Positions 26,563 through 39,704 of a stretch of 64,000 nucleotides of DNA are shown piece by piece. Position numbers and translations under genes: made by a program. This stretch comes from Octopus sinensis (Eukaryota). Every line of letters begins with the position of its first letter. The stretch's first letter is position 1. Under the pieces are notes generated by a model. The model was not told the origin of the DNA and did no database searches. It saw nothing but the letters and a program-made list of their open reading frames with translations. The DNA lies in contig NC_043011.1 in assembly GCF_006345805.1 (NCBI RefSeq), positions 24,998,464 through 25,062,463 on the forward strand, written 5' to 3'.

Positions 26563-26921
26563 TATTCAATATCTGTACACCATACCTAACACTCTATACA
26601 CACATATATACATGTAGCCAGCTTCTACAGTTTCCATCCACCAAGTCATTCACAAGGAATCAATTGGCTTAGGGCTACAGTACTGCCCAAGGTGCTGTGC
26701 AATGGGAACGAACCCAAAACCACATGGTTGCAAAGCAAGCTTCCTAGCCATGCAGCCATATCTAGTTAAAAAAGAAAAAGAAAGAAAATTTTAAGACGAC
26801 TCTAATTCTGTACTGATATGATACAGCATGTAGGATGAACATTTGGTTATCAGAAAAAGTGTTGAGTGGTGAGCGACAAGAAGTCAGTGAAAGGCAAACA
26901 GAGGTGGAATAAAAACTATGT

Positions 26922-27645
26922 GTGTGTGTGTGTGTGTGTGTGTGTATGCATGTATATATATAAAAGGGAAGGAGAGAAGACTATTATAAAAGGTGAGTTA
27001 ATGAAATTCATGGAAGCACACTTTGATAAACAATTGCAAAATTGTTTTGTATCCAGCTACATAGACAGTTTCAGAGTTGTTAGTCTCTAAATGACACCAT
27101 AGTTGCTCTACTAGATAATACAAAAAAGTTTACTATATTGGGCAAAACAGCTAAAAGACGTGGCATACCAAGATTTATTAGAACAAATGAGAGTAGGCTG
27201 GATATTGATGTGGTGTGTGTATGTGTGTGTGTGTGTGTGTCACTCCTGTTTGACAACTGATATTGGTTTGTTTACGTCCCTGGAATGTAGCAGTTTGACA
27301 AAAAACAACCAACAGAAGTACCAGACTAATAAAGTAGATATTGGGATCAATCTGTTCCACTAAATGCACTGCCCCAGCATAACCACAGTCCAATGATGGA
27401 AACAAAAATAAGAGATAAAGGTGTTTGAGATAGTGAGGAATTAATAGCATTATAGTTGAAAAGGTTGTTAACTTCATCTTTAGAGAAGGAAAATGTTTTA
27501 ATATTTACACCTGTGCTAAATTTGATAATTGCCAAATGGATAAGAGTATTGCAAACCTCAGCTGAGAAACAAAAGTTTCTAGTTCAAATGGAGTCGAGTT
27601 TTATGCAAACTGGGCTCGTCTTATGTTCCCCACCCATTACCAACT

Positions 27646-27679
<34 letters not shown>

Positions 27680-29172
27680 CCTTCCCATGCTTTCTCTGGC
27701 TGGTGATGCAATTGAACAAGAAGGGGCTCAGATATATTCCAAACCAAACTAAACGACTGAAATATCTTGATCATCTTCTGCTCACTAACTAAAAGTGAGG
27801 TCATCATCATCATCATCGTTTAACGTCCGTTTTCCGTGCTAGCACAAGTTGGACAGTTCGACCAGGGACTGGGAAGCCAGGAGGCTGCACCAGGCTCCAG
27901 TCTGATCTGGCAGTGTTTCTACAGCTGGATGCCCTTCCTAATGCAAACCACTCCGTGAGTGTAGCGGGTGCTTTTTACGTGCCACTGGCACACAGAAAAT
28001 AATTATCAACAGGTAGAAATAACATTGGACAGCAAGAAAATTTCTGCTAAGGAAGTTCAACACACAACATGGAAGTTTCTAACAAACAGAATAATTAGGC
28101 AGGGAAACCTGAAGCAGTAAACAACGGAGTTGTGAGGAGGACAAGCCATTGGTCAACTTGGGACTGATGATGAAAAGACTTTGATGAACCTAGCTGACTG
28201 ATTTAGTGATCATACTGTCAATTACTTAATTGGTTAAATGTTAATGAATTGACCAATAATAATAATAATAATAATAACAATAAGTGAAACAGAACCAATG
28301 TGTGTGATTATTGTTGGCAAAATGACCTTCTCAAAATACGACAAAGTCTGTTTAAACACAAGAGTTCACACCAAGAATCTTGCATACCAAATACAAAAGT
28401 GAACAATTAAATTACTTGTAAAGTTAGTAATCATTGTGATTGTATGTGGTGTGTGTGTGTGTGTGTGTGTGTATGCATGTATATATATAAAAGGGAAGGA
28501 GAGAAGACTATTATAAAAGGTGAGTTAATGAAATTCATGGAAGCACACTTTGATAAACAATTGCAAAATTGTTTTGTATCCAGCTACATAGACAGTTTCA
28601 GAGTTGTTAGTCTCTAAATGACACCATAGTTGCTCTACTAGATAATACAAAAAAGTTTACTATATTGGGCAAAACAGCTAAAAGACGTGGCATACCAAGA
28701 TTTATTAGAACAAATGAGAGTAGGCTGGATATTGATGTGGTGTGTGTATGTGTGTGTGTGTGTGTGTCACTCCTGTTTGACAACTGATATTGGTTTGTTT
28801 ACGTCCCTGGAATGTAGCAGTTTGACAAAAAACAACCAACAGAAGTACCAGACTAATAAAGTAGATATTGGGATCAATCTGTTCCACTAAATGCACTGCC
28901 CCAGCATAACCACAGTCCAATGATGGAAACAAAAATAAGAGATAAAGGTGTTTGAGATAGTGAGGAATTAATAGCATTATAGTTGAAAAGGTTGTTAACT
29001 TCATCTTTAGAGAAGGAAAATGTTTTAATATTTACACCTGTGCTAAATTTGATAATTGCCAAATGGATAAGAGTATTGCAAACCTCAGCTGAGAAACAAA
29101 AGTTTCTAGTTCAAATGGAGTCGAGTTTTATGCAAACTGGGCTCGTCTTATGTTCCCCACCCATTACCAACT

Positions 29173-29206
<34 letters not shown>

Positions 29207-29975
29207 CCTTCCCATGCTTTCTCTGGCTGGTGATGCAATTGAACAAGAAGGGGCTCAGATATATTCCAAACCAAACTAAACGACTGAAATATCTTGATCA
29301 TCTTCTGCTCACTAACTAAAAGTGAGGTCATCATCATCATCATCGTTTAACGTCCGTTTTCCGTGCTAGCACAAGTTGGACAGTTCGACCAGGGACTGGG
29401 AAGCCAGGAGGCTGCACCAGGCTCCAGTCTGATCTGGCAGTGTTTCTACAGCTGGATGCCCTTCCTAATGCAAACCACTCCGTGAGTGTAGCGGGTGCTT
29501 TTTACGTGCCACTGGCACACAGAAAATAATTATCAACAGGTAGAAATAACATTGGACAGCAAGAAAATTTCTGCTAAGGAAGTTCAACACACAACATGGA
29601 AGTTTCTAACAAACAGAATAATTAGGCAGGGAAACCTGAAGCAGTAAACAACGGAGTTGTGAGGAGGACAAGCCATTGGTCAACTTGGGACTGATGATGA
29701 AAAGACTTTGATGAACCTAGCTGACTGATTTAGTGATCATACTGTCAATTACTTAATTGGTTAAATGTTAATGAATTGACCAATAATAATAATAATAATA
29801 ATAACAATAAGTGAAACAGAACCAATGTGTGTGATTATTGTTGGCAAAATGACCTTCTCAAAATACGACAAAGTCTGTTTAAACACAAGAGTTCACACCA
29901 AGAATCTTGCATACCAAATACAAAAGTGAACAATTAAATTACTTGTAAAGTTAGTAATCATTGTGATTGTATGTG
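26922..29975. repeat. Tandem duplication, 2 x 1527 bp (26922-28448 and 28449-29975)
   Basis: Four ORF pairs have identical translations offset by exactly 1527. (TG)n tracts lie at both ends and at the junction. Confidence 0.95.
27802..27992 (-). mobile_element. RTE-type 3'-tail repeat ((ATG)n tail; GGCATTAGGAAGGGCATCCAGCTGTAGAAAC core). Other copies: 13498-13570, 13897-13985, 29329-29519, 30716-30930, 57480-57690(+), 58830-58990, 63685-63820
   Basis: Shared sequence ending at a (CAT)n run. Typical of RTE LINE 3' UTRs or SINEs mobilised by them. Confidence 0.7.
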
Positions 29976-31419
29976 TGTGTGTGTGAGTGTGTGTGCGTGT
30001 GTGTGTGTGTGAGAGAGAGAGAGATGAGATGGAAGCATTATTATGTTTAAATGAGAAGTAGGAAGAAACATTGTCAGATCGCTGGGTTTTTGTCAGAGAA
30101 CTGTTTTCTGTTATGTTTTTTTTTTGTTCTTTTCTTTTTCATCAAGGCTGCTGCTGCTGCTGTACCCCACAACTATGAGCTGGAAGAGTTAGATCTGGCA
30201 ACAGGCTAAACTATGTGCGAAAACCTAACCTTCCAACGCACAGGCATGGCTTTATCAATAGCAACATCATGCAATGGCAATAATGAAATAAATAATAACA
30301 AAAACAAAAATTTAGACAGAAAAAGCAAAATGAAAAGTGAAGAAAGAAAAAAAAAGATGAGAGATAGAGAAGAGGGGTAGAAAGGTTAAATTAAAAAATT
30401 TGGTAATATTCAAATTTGGTACTGAAGAAATAATAAGTTTGTTATAATTTTAGCTGTGACTAATCAATAACAACTGAATTTCTAACAAACTGGTCCTAAC
30501 AGATATGAAAGAATAATTTCGCTATTTAATAACTAAACTTTGATGACTGTCTTTCCTAGTTAGTACTTTATGGACTGAGCAAACTATATTTAAAACAATC
30601 TAAAAGTTACAGATCAGACCAAATGAGATATCAATCAACTCATTGATAAAAGTAGTAACTAGAAAAATGTATTTACTTAAAAATAATGAAGTTATATGAG
30701 GCAATAGTTAATATCATCATCATCAACATTTAATGTCCGTCTGTTTTCCATCTTGGTATAGGTTGGATGGCTTGACAAGAACTAGCAAGGCCAGGGGCTA
30801 CACCAAGTACCATAGTCTGTTTAGGCTTGGTTTCTATGGCTGCATGCCTTTCCTAACACCAGCCACTTTACAGAGTGTACTAGGCGTATTTTACATGGCA
30901 CCATCACCAATGCTTTTTACATGGTACCTTGATTTTAGGATCTCAATTCTGTTGTGGTGGGTGGGTCCTGAGTACAGTAATGTGCTACATATCTCAGTCC
31001 TCTGCCATCTGCTTCATAAGAATCAGCGTTTTGAGATTGGCCTTCAATACAAGTTAACATAGTTTATTGTTATCAAGCACAATCTCCACCTTTTTATTGC
31101 CTAGTATGCCAAAACCAACTTCAATTTCTTTTCCAGTTAATATATCATGTCAGCCTTGAGCTTTAGGAACCATTAGGTTGGTTACCTAGTTTCCATAGCA
31201 AACAAGAGACTGTAATCACTACATTCTCTCTGAATGGGATGCCAGTCCATTACAAGGTTATTCATTTACAGCTGAGTGGACTGGAGTAACATGAAATAAA
31301 TGTTTTGCTTAAGAACACAACATATTGCCTCATCTGGAAATCTAAACTACAATCTAATGTTTATGAGTGCAACATCATAACCACTAGGCCACATGTCAAC
31401 ACAGCACACCATATCAACT

Positions 31420-32125
31420 ATTAAAATGCTTGCTAGTTGGTAAATCAAGCCCCTAACAAACTACCTGCTTGTTAGTACTACGAAGCCTTTATCAAGCCAT
31501 TATCAAACTGCTTGCTAGTTAGTTAAATACATCTGATATCGAATTACTTATTAGTTAGTATATCAAGTCACCATCAAACTGCTTGCTAGTTAGCTTTTCA
31601 TTCCATTATCAAATTGTCTGTTAGTTAGTTTAGGTAAAGGTCATGAATGGTCATGGGACTGCATCTAGAAAGTTTCCTCTGAGGTACAAGTCCATGCAAA
31701 GTTGTTTGTGGAAGACCAGCAATCGCCCATGCATGCCAGTCTCCCCTTGCCATGCCACCAATGTTATCCAAGCAAAAGGCAAAGACCGATACAGCTTGGT
31801 ACCAATGATGTCACAGCTCATTTCTACAGCCTACTGAATTGAAGCAATGTTAAATAAAGTATCTTGCTCAAGATCACAACACACAGTCCTGTCCAGGAAC
31901 CAAACTCACAACCTCATAATTGTAAGTCCGATCCTGTAACTACTGAACTATGTGCCACATATCATATAATCAAATTATTTGTTAGTTAATTTGTCATGCA
32001 TGCTATAAAGCTTTTGCAAGTTAGTATATCCTACTCGCTATCAAAATGCTGATTAATTAATATAACATACCCATGATTAAATCACTTGCTAGTTAGTATA
32101 CCTTTGGATTGTTTGCTAGTTAAAT
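31420..32125. repeat. Degenerate ~35-36-bp-period minisatellite (core ATCAAACTGCTTGCTAGTTAGT), 11 units, split by a SINE
   Basis: Cores at 31420, 31455, 31502, 31538, 31573, 31608, then the SINE, then 31969, 32005, 32040, 32076, 32104. Confidence 0.75.
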
Positions 32126-32392
32126 GCACTTAAACTTCATTCCAAGATAATAAAACAATGTTATTCATTAGTTAAATTATGATATACAACATAGGCACAA
32201 GACCACTATATCATGCATGCATTCGTTCAATAGTGATAACTATTTATAGAGCAATACTGCCGTTTTAAGAACTGTGAAATTTTGAATCAACAAGACACCA
32301 TAGTACAACCTGCAGAACTATGTTCAGCAATATGATTGGTTGTCGAAGCTAGACTTTAACAACAGTGAATAATAAGTCTTCGAAGAAGATTT

Positions 32393-32452
<60 letters not shown>

Positions 32453-33155
32453 GAAGTTAACCTGTCAGCAGGTAATGTTATAATTTATGTATCCATATTC
32501 AATTTACACTTCAGATAATAAACTTTCTTTAATATCTATTAGCGTTAAGTATCTTGGTCTTAAGTTTACATAGATAAATAGATAATTAAAATAACCTACA
32601 GCAATATTGAAAAATCAGGCTTGAGACACCAAATGTTTGCTATTTAACTGTCCTACAAGACAATGGGTTAGTGAATATAAGTGTTGAATATAGTAATTGA
32701 GCTAGTGGACATTAGTTAAATACTGGGTCAGTATAAATACTGTTTCAGATGGTTTCACAAGTAGGAGAATAATTCTGCCTTGGACAATGGAATGAGAATA
32801 ATCTACCTCTGGGAATTTAAGAAATGGTTTCATTTGAAATTCCAAGATTATTGAATACAACAGGCATCTGAAAAAAGTTGGAAGACACAATGGCTGAAAG
32901 GTTGTGACTAGAACAACCAAAATGAGAACATTAGTTAGAATAATTTAATGTTGGAATGTAACTCCTTTCTGGAAATTCTCCCTTGAATTAACTAGTTTCA
33001 ATATGAAAATTTTAAATTTTGTTTGATTTAATTTAATTTCTCTTACTGAATCAATTTGATAAGGAAATGGCTGTAGGGATATGAATTTCATATTATACTG
33101 ATTTAAATATCTTTGAATAAACTGATATCTATATGTCAATTTCTCCATTTTCTCA

Positions 33156-33194
<39 letters not shown>

Positions 33195-33488
33195 CATGCA
33201 AGGACTTAGAAATTTCTGGTTTGTTGTCCAGGTGTGCATTTGGCCTATCAGGGTGGGTGAATCCTAAATGATGGCAAAGGCAACAAACCCAGCAGATGGA
33301 GAAATCTAATAATAAAAAAAAGCCTGAGGTATGTTATTCATTAAAATTTGTGGCAAACATTTGCATCAACTTTCTGCTTCCAGCATTTCCAAAAAGAAGC
33401 ATGGCTAGTTCTACAGAAACCTTCATCAATGAAAACAAATCATCTGTGCCAATAGTCTACCAATAATTACTCTATATCTATTTTGTTT

Positions 33489-33613
33489 GCTTTGTTTTTA
33501 TTTATTTTAACTACATTCCCTTAGGAAGAAATATAACTATATAACTTCATTTTGAAGTTATATAGTTATATTTCTTCATAAGGGAATGTAGTTAGAATAA
33601 ATAAAAACAAAGC
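33489..33613. repeat. Long fold-back: 61-bp arms (59/61 identical), 3-nt loop
   Basis: 33489-33549 is the reverse complement of 33553-33613 with 2 differences. Confidence 0.9.
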
Positions 33614-35043
33614 ATTTTGATAAGAAGACAACTAACAGTTTGAAAAAAATATTTTAAAAAACATAAAAAAAAGTATATTGTACTTAGCAGAACTAAATAT
33701 GTAACTGTTGTTTCTGAATTGACCAATTGCAATGAATATTACACAAATTTCTTAAAGACAGAGAAAAAGTGCCTAATAAGAAATCAAAAACATATTTTCA
33801 TACAAAAAAAAAAAATGGATATTCTATGAATACAATAAGAATGAAGTGGAGGATAAAAAGAAAAAGAATTAGAAAGGATAGCAGCAATAGCAACGGAAAA
33901 CATAGCAAAAGTTATAAAAAAGATACTGAAGCTAAATTTTCATAAAACAAAATGTTAAACTAAACAAGCACAATGAGGCGTCTATGTATTGATTGTTAAC
34001 AAACATATCTACATAAATATGTATAACGTGTGCCTCTGTATGTGTGTGTGTGTGTGCATGTAGAGATGTATGTGTTTTCATATGTGTGTGAATATACAAA
34101 CTGACCATTCTTTACAGAACAGCACTCACAACCGTAAATGCCGCAAATACCACTATCTCCACGAACACAGGTGATCTGAAATGCCGCTTGTTTCTTCTTT
34201 TTCATTTTTTTTTGTTTTTGTTTTGCTCCAGTTTTTCAAAGTCTATCAGTCTTTTCTTTCTTTCTTTCTTTCTTTCATTCTTTTTGTTTCCTTCTTTCAC
34301 ATTGGTGCCCAGACATTATTTTCATCACAGGAATCGGTAGAAGAATCAACAATGATATAATGGTAGTTAGAACATAGTACTACCATTGAAAAGACAGCCA
34401 TCTGACAAGGGAGGACACACCAGCACTGAAAGTGTGTCTTGTCTACAACTGTGTAATCATCATACATAGCTTGAGCTTCCATTGACAGCAGGGGCAGGTG
34501 TAGGCAGTAGAGAGTAGGAACCAGAGGCACAGAGAACTTACAGCAAGCCAGCCAGTCAGTGAAGCAAGCTAAGTCAATGGCATTTGACCAACACCGACCT
34601 ATGAAACTGTCTTAAGCTGAACTGGCAGAGACACTTAAGGTTAGTCTTATAAGCAGATCAGTGTAACTTTTGTACCCTGCTATTCAGATGGATTAGTCCA
34701 CACAGTGTGTGGGAGAAGATAGAAGAGAGATAGGGAGGGAGGAGAAGGAAGGTGAGGGAAAGTGGGGGAGAGCTAGTCATGAGATAATTTTACAGAGTCT
34801 TGTTAACAAACAAATGAAAAACAATAAAAAAAAACAAATATATAGTGAAAGACAATAAGGTTATGAATAATACCAATAATAATAGTAAGAAAGAGAATAG
34901 ACAGTGGGTGAGGTGGGGGGGGTGAATTTTGAGATGCTTTTCAGTTGAAAGTATGAGTAAAGAAAAGGATCAAAGTTTAGCTCTGTCGGACTTTTGTTAT
35001 CTGTAGTGTTGCTTATGTGACATTGGTCAAGAAACAAGTAACA

Positions 35044-35076
<33 letters not shown>

Positions 35077-35277
35077 AAAGAATAAAACATCACCAACACA
35101 CACACACACAAATGTACCACTTAAAAACCTATCTCATTATATTGAAAATTAATTAGTGAAGTAGATACAGAGGTTAACAGCTGAGAACAGTAAATAAAAA
35201 AATAAAATATAAATTAAAAACAAAAAGAAACACTTCCAAGGAGAAGATAAAGTCAACAGTCAATACACAATAATTTC

Positions 35278-35308
<31 letters not shown>

Positions 35309-35504
35309 ATGTGAGCACAAGATTTAGAAAAATGTATTTGATAAAGTCTAATATTTTCTGTACAAATCTATTCATATAAAAACCTATATGATCCTTTTTC
35401 CTTCTCTCCCCATCTCTCTCTCTCTCACTTTCTCAGTATTTCTATGCTTATTTTGTTGTTGCAGTTTTTAATTAATTTTTTTACATATCTGAGAATACCA
35501 CAAT

Positions 35505-35690
35505 GTTGTTGTTGTTGTTGTTTAATCCAGGGTCAGCTCAAAGGCATTCCAGTTTCCAACAATAATGTCCCATCTTTTTTAAGAGTTGGTCAGAACCACA
35601 TTGTCTAATGTGTCCTTTCTCTTTATCAAAATGATGTGATTTGAAAGAAACTTGTTCAATCTGCTATTTCTAGCAGGTTGAACCACCACA
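35505..35690 (-). repeat. Dispersed (CAA)n-tailed SINE-like family (GCTATTTCTAGCAGG core). Also near 3380-3530, 21760-21815 with 22605-22760, 23530-23640, 43130-43290, 54215-54360
   Basis: Recurrent motifs TGATCAAAG.CATTCCAGCCATGACCATC and GCTATTTCTA(G/A). Confidence 0.55.
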
Positions 35691-36854
35691 TAGGGGATAG
35701 CCCCAAATTGGCTGTGGCCAAGTAGAACAATCAACTGAGACAATTCTGTTTTTTTTATTTCTTGTGTTGTGCTTTTTCAAGAATAGCATAACCCAGGATG
35801 TATTATGTAACATATTCCTTTTTACTTTAAAAGCATTAACATGTGGTTTCAGGGAGATTTGACTGCTATTTCTAACATATCAAATAACCTTGTAAAGGCA
35901 TTCATGTTGACTCAAAATATCACCATGTATTTCTCAGACCAATTCTCATAGAAACAAAATCATATTCCATCATTACTTTGTTCCCCATCTTTGAACAAAT
36001 TGAATGGATTAACACCTTGGCTGTCTCAGTTGAAACGCACACATTTCATTAATAAAATCTAGTTTCTTGGAATTAAATGTAAATTTCCTCATATTATACC
36101 TTCTTGCTCAGTCATATTTTAATAATTTCATCATTAAAGCTAAATACAGATTCAAAAATTTTTTCAAGTTTAGTAATAAAACTTGTTTATAACTCTCTAG
36201 GTACCATCCAGTGAAGGTATGTGATTTTGTAGTTAGGGTGTTCAGCTCACAACTGTTAAGGTCATAAGTTTGATTCCAATGTGCCATGTTATGTCCTTGA
36301 GTGAAACACTTTATTTCACGTTGCTCCAGTTCACTCAACTGGCAAAAATGAATAATACCTATAACTCAAATGGGCCAGCCTCATCACACTGTCACACTGA
36401 ATCTTCCTGAGAACTGTGTTAAAGGCATGCATCTCTGTAGAGTGCTCAGCCACTTGCACATTAATTTCACGAGCAAGCTGTTGGCCAGATCAAGTGGAAT
36501 CCTCATCATCGTAACCAACAGTATGCCAGGTACCATCTAGCCAAAAAACTGGCATACATCATTCACCAAAGGACAGAACTTTCTCAGTTCAACCCCACTG
36601 AACTGTAAAACATCAAAGTAAAATCCACTACCTATGACCCCTGAAGTTCTTAATAAAGGTGACATTGTATAATTTTTATGGGTTCATAGTGCTTAGGTTC
36701 AACTCTTCTCACAGGATTGTAAATAGGCAACAAGGAATATGACAGAGTATCATCACTGCCAGGAAATCTTGACATCATTCTTTAGTCCTATGAAGAGGGA
36801 TGATGATCATATACTGCACATGATCACCCAAAATCATCTAAAGCTCAGTCTTAC

Positions 36855-36911
36855 CTGTGACATTTTTAATAGGATAGAAAATATGAATTGCATTGGATCA
36901 ATATCCCTGAC
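36855..36911 (-). CDS. Candidate 57-nt phase 0-0 micro-exon (VRDIDPMQFIFSILLKMSQ), possibly SZT2
   Basis: Pyrimidine tract plus ttttctag|G and CAG|gtaaga. Only frame 0 is open, which matches the phase-0 end of exon 53514-53676. Protein similarity to SZT2 is weak. Confidence 0.25.
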
Positions 36912-39194
36912 CTAGAAAATGTAAAGTTACAGAAAAATAAATGACAATTCAAAACCAACAAGATCTGAGAGAAGAAGGCTTTCTTTCAGGGGCAGCCTAG
37001 AGTTGAGAAAATTGGAGAAAAGTCATTGATGGTCTATGCTGTTTGGGGAACAAAAGGGCTTCAATAAGTAAATAAGACAACTGGCTCTCTGTTGATTATG
37101 ATGAGGTTTCCAGTTGATCTAATCAACAGAACAGCCTGCTTGTGAAATTAACATACAAGTGGCTGAGAATTCCACAGACATGTGTACCCTTAACATAGTT
37201 CTCAGGGGGATTCAGCGTGATACAGAGTGTAACAAGGCTGGCCCTTTGGGTTACAGGTACTACTCATTTTTGCCAGCTGAGTGGATGGGAACAACCTGAA
37301 ATAAAGTGTCTTGCTCAACACAATGTGTTACTGGGAATTGAACTCATGACCTTATAATCATGAGCTGAATACTCTAACTACTAAGCCACGCACAATAAAA
37401 AGGTTATAAAAGCTGGAATTCATTGTTTTATAGGGTTTGAATCAAAGGACTGTGGCCATGCCTTCAAGAAGATTTAGTTGATTATAGCAACTTGGGGCAA
37501 TAATTCATTCATCCTTCATGTAAGATATGAAATGCAAAATAGTCATTGGTGTAAGAAGGGATAATTCAATTAGGCACAAACACCACAGGATATTTCTGTT
37601 TGAATGTACGAGTTCTCAACTGCAGCTGATATATACAAATATATCACAAGCATCAGCATAGTTTCCATGTGCCAAATTTCAGAAAGCATTGGTAATTCTG
37701 AGGCTATGCTATAAGGTAAATCAAGAAAGGAGCACTTTGCTGAATGACATGAACCAAAAAATCTCAATCATTGAAAAAAATCTTGCTACAAAAAGTATTT
37801 AAAATTTACCTCTTAGTTACAGAAAGAAAAAAAGAAAAAAACTTAACACTAACTGTAAGCAACTATCAAAGAAAAAGGGAGATAACTTTAAAGAAAATTT
37901 TGGTTTAACAAAAATATTAATTAACATGGTTAAAAGAAATTTCCTTTTTTTTTTTGGCAGCTATCTGGCAGTCACTGATGGATTGACTGAACAATTAATC
38001 AAACAAACTATTAGTTAATTGGTTAAATGATTAACTAGTCTACTAATAGATAATAAAAGAAATGGAATAGAACCAGTGTGTGAGCTTCGTAATGGCTTAA
38101 TGACCTTCCAAAGAAACAAAATCTGTTTCAACATATGGGCTCACAGCAAAGAATCTTGCAAATCAAATACAAAAATGAAAAATTTTAAATAACATTTCAA
38201 ATTTTAATGAAAATTTTTAACTTTTCATAAATACATTTGTAATTATTAGTAAGAGGAGGGACAACACCTATGACCTTGTCTGGCTCACCTAGACTAAAAG
38301 GAAATGAATAAATAGGTGGAGCTAATATGTCTAATGTTAGATTAACCATTTTGATACTAACTTAACTGAGACAACATCTGGTTCTACAATATTAAACAAA
38401 CTATTTTAAAGTGTTTGTATTTAAATCTTTTATCTTTTGTTTGTTTTCAGTCATTAGGCTGCAGCCATGCTGGGATATTACCTTGAAGAATTTTAATTCA
38501 AGGAATCAACCCCAGTATTTTCATTTTTTTTAAAAGCCTGATATTTATTCTATCAGCCTCTTTTGCTAAACTGCCAAGTTACAGGTACATAAATACACCA
38601 ACATCAGTTGTAGCCATGCAATGGTGGGGGATAAACACAAACACACACACAACAGGCTTCTTTCAGTTTCTGTCTACTAAATCCACCCACAAGGCTTTGG
38701 TCAGCCTGAGGCTGTAGTAGAAAACACATGCACAAGGTACCATGCTGTGGGACTGAACCCGGAACCATGTGGTTGGGAACCTCCTTACCACAGAGCCACA
38801 ACTGCACCTAAATGTGAGCATTCTATAATAATTTCATGTGCAAGCCTAGTATTATATTCTAAACACCAGTTTAATAATTCTAACTTTGGCACAAGACCAA
38901 CAATTTTGAGGGGAGGTGACGAGTCAATTATATCAACTCCAGTACTTGGTTGATCATTTATTTCATCATCCATGAAAGGAAGAAAGGCAAAGTTGACTTT
39001 GTTGGGATTTAAATCAGAATGTAAAGCGTTGGAAGAAATGTTGCTAGCAGTCTGTCCAACATGCCAAACATTGTGCCAGCTCACTAACTTTCAACAGTAG
39101 TTCAATAATGAAAGGTAATTATTTTACAAATTTTCAATGGTTTTCAAATATTATTAAAACATAAGGAGGGTGTATTTCATTAGAAATATGGTTA

Positions 39195-39704
39195 CCGTAA
39201 ATCCTCGAATATAATCCGCATTTTTTTCCCAAAATTTAAAGGTCAAAATCCCTAGTGTGTACTATATACGAGGTTAAAAATGAAAATTATTTTCTAAGCA
39301 ATGTCCGAGACTCTATTTGCTGTCCGGCAATGTTTATTCAGATACATTTTGATATCAGGTGCGAAAATACCTTAAGGTAAACCTGAAAGCAATGAAGTCA
39401 TAAAAGAATCATACATAACTTGCAATAAGCAACATTTATTAAATGTTATTACTATTATTTCTTTATTTTCTGCAAACAAAATGCACAAAAAAGCTACACG
39501 TTTGCATTATGTTATATATACAATAACAATAAAGGACGTTACCATATACAGTTTTATAAACCAAGGACGTTATATAGACCTCCTTGACTCAAGTTAGAGA
39601 AGGGGTGCGTATTATACACAAGGTTTAGGTTTTTCAGAGGTACAGCCCCCTAAAAATCCCCAACGTATTATATTCAAGGGCAGACTATACTCAAGGATTT
39701 ACAG
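39195..39704. mobile_element. pogo/Tigger-like MITE (510 bp)
   Basis: TA TSD. TIRs CCGTAAATCCTCGAATATA and TATACTCAAGGATTTACAG, with repeated TATTATA(C/T)-C(A/G)AGG subterminal motifs. Confidence 0.82.

Noticed and set aside
30147-30209. Possible + strand terminal exon AAAAAVPHNYELEELDLATG*
   Set aside because: Built on a (GCT)n microsatellite with no supporting upstream exons.
31420-32125. CRISPR interpretation of the repeat-spacer-like array
   Set aside because: Eukaryotic intron, degenerate repeats, 13-nt spacers, no cas genes.
32702-33160. Nearly open 150-codon minus-strand frame (two adjacent ORFs, one stop)
   Set aside because: AT-rich, no recognisable motif or splice sites.
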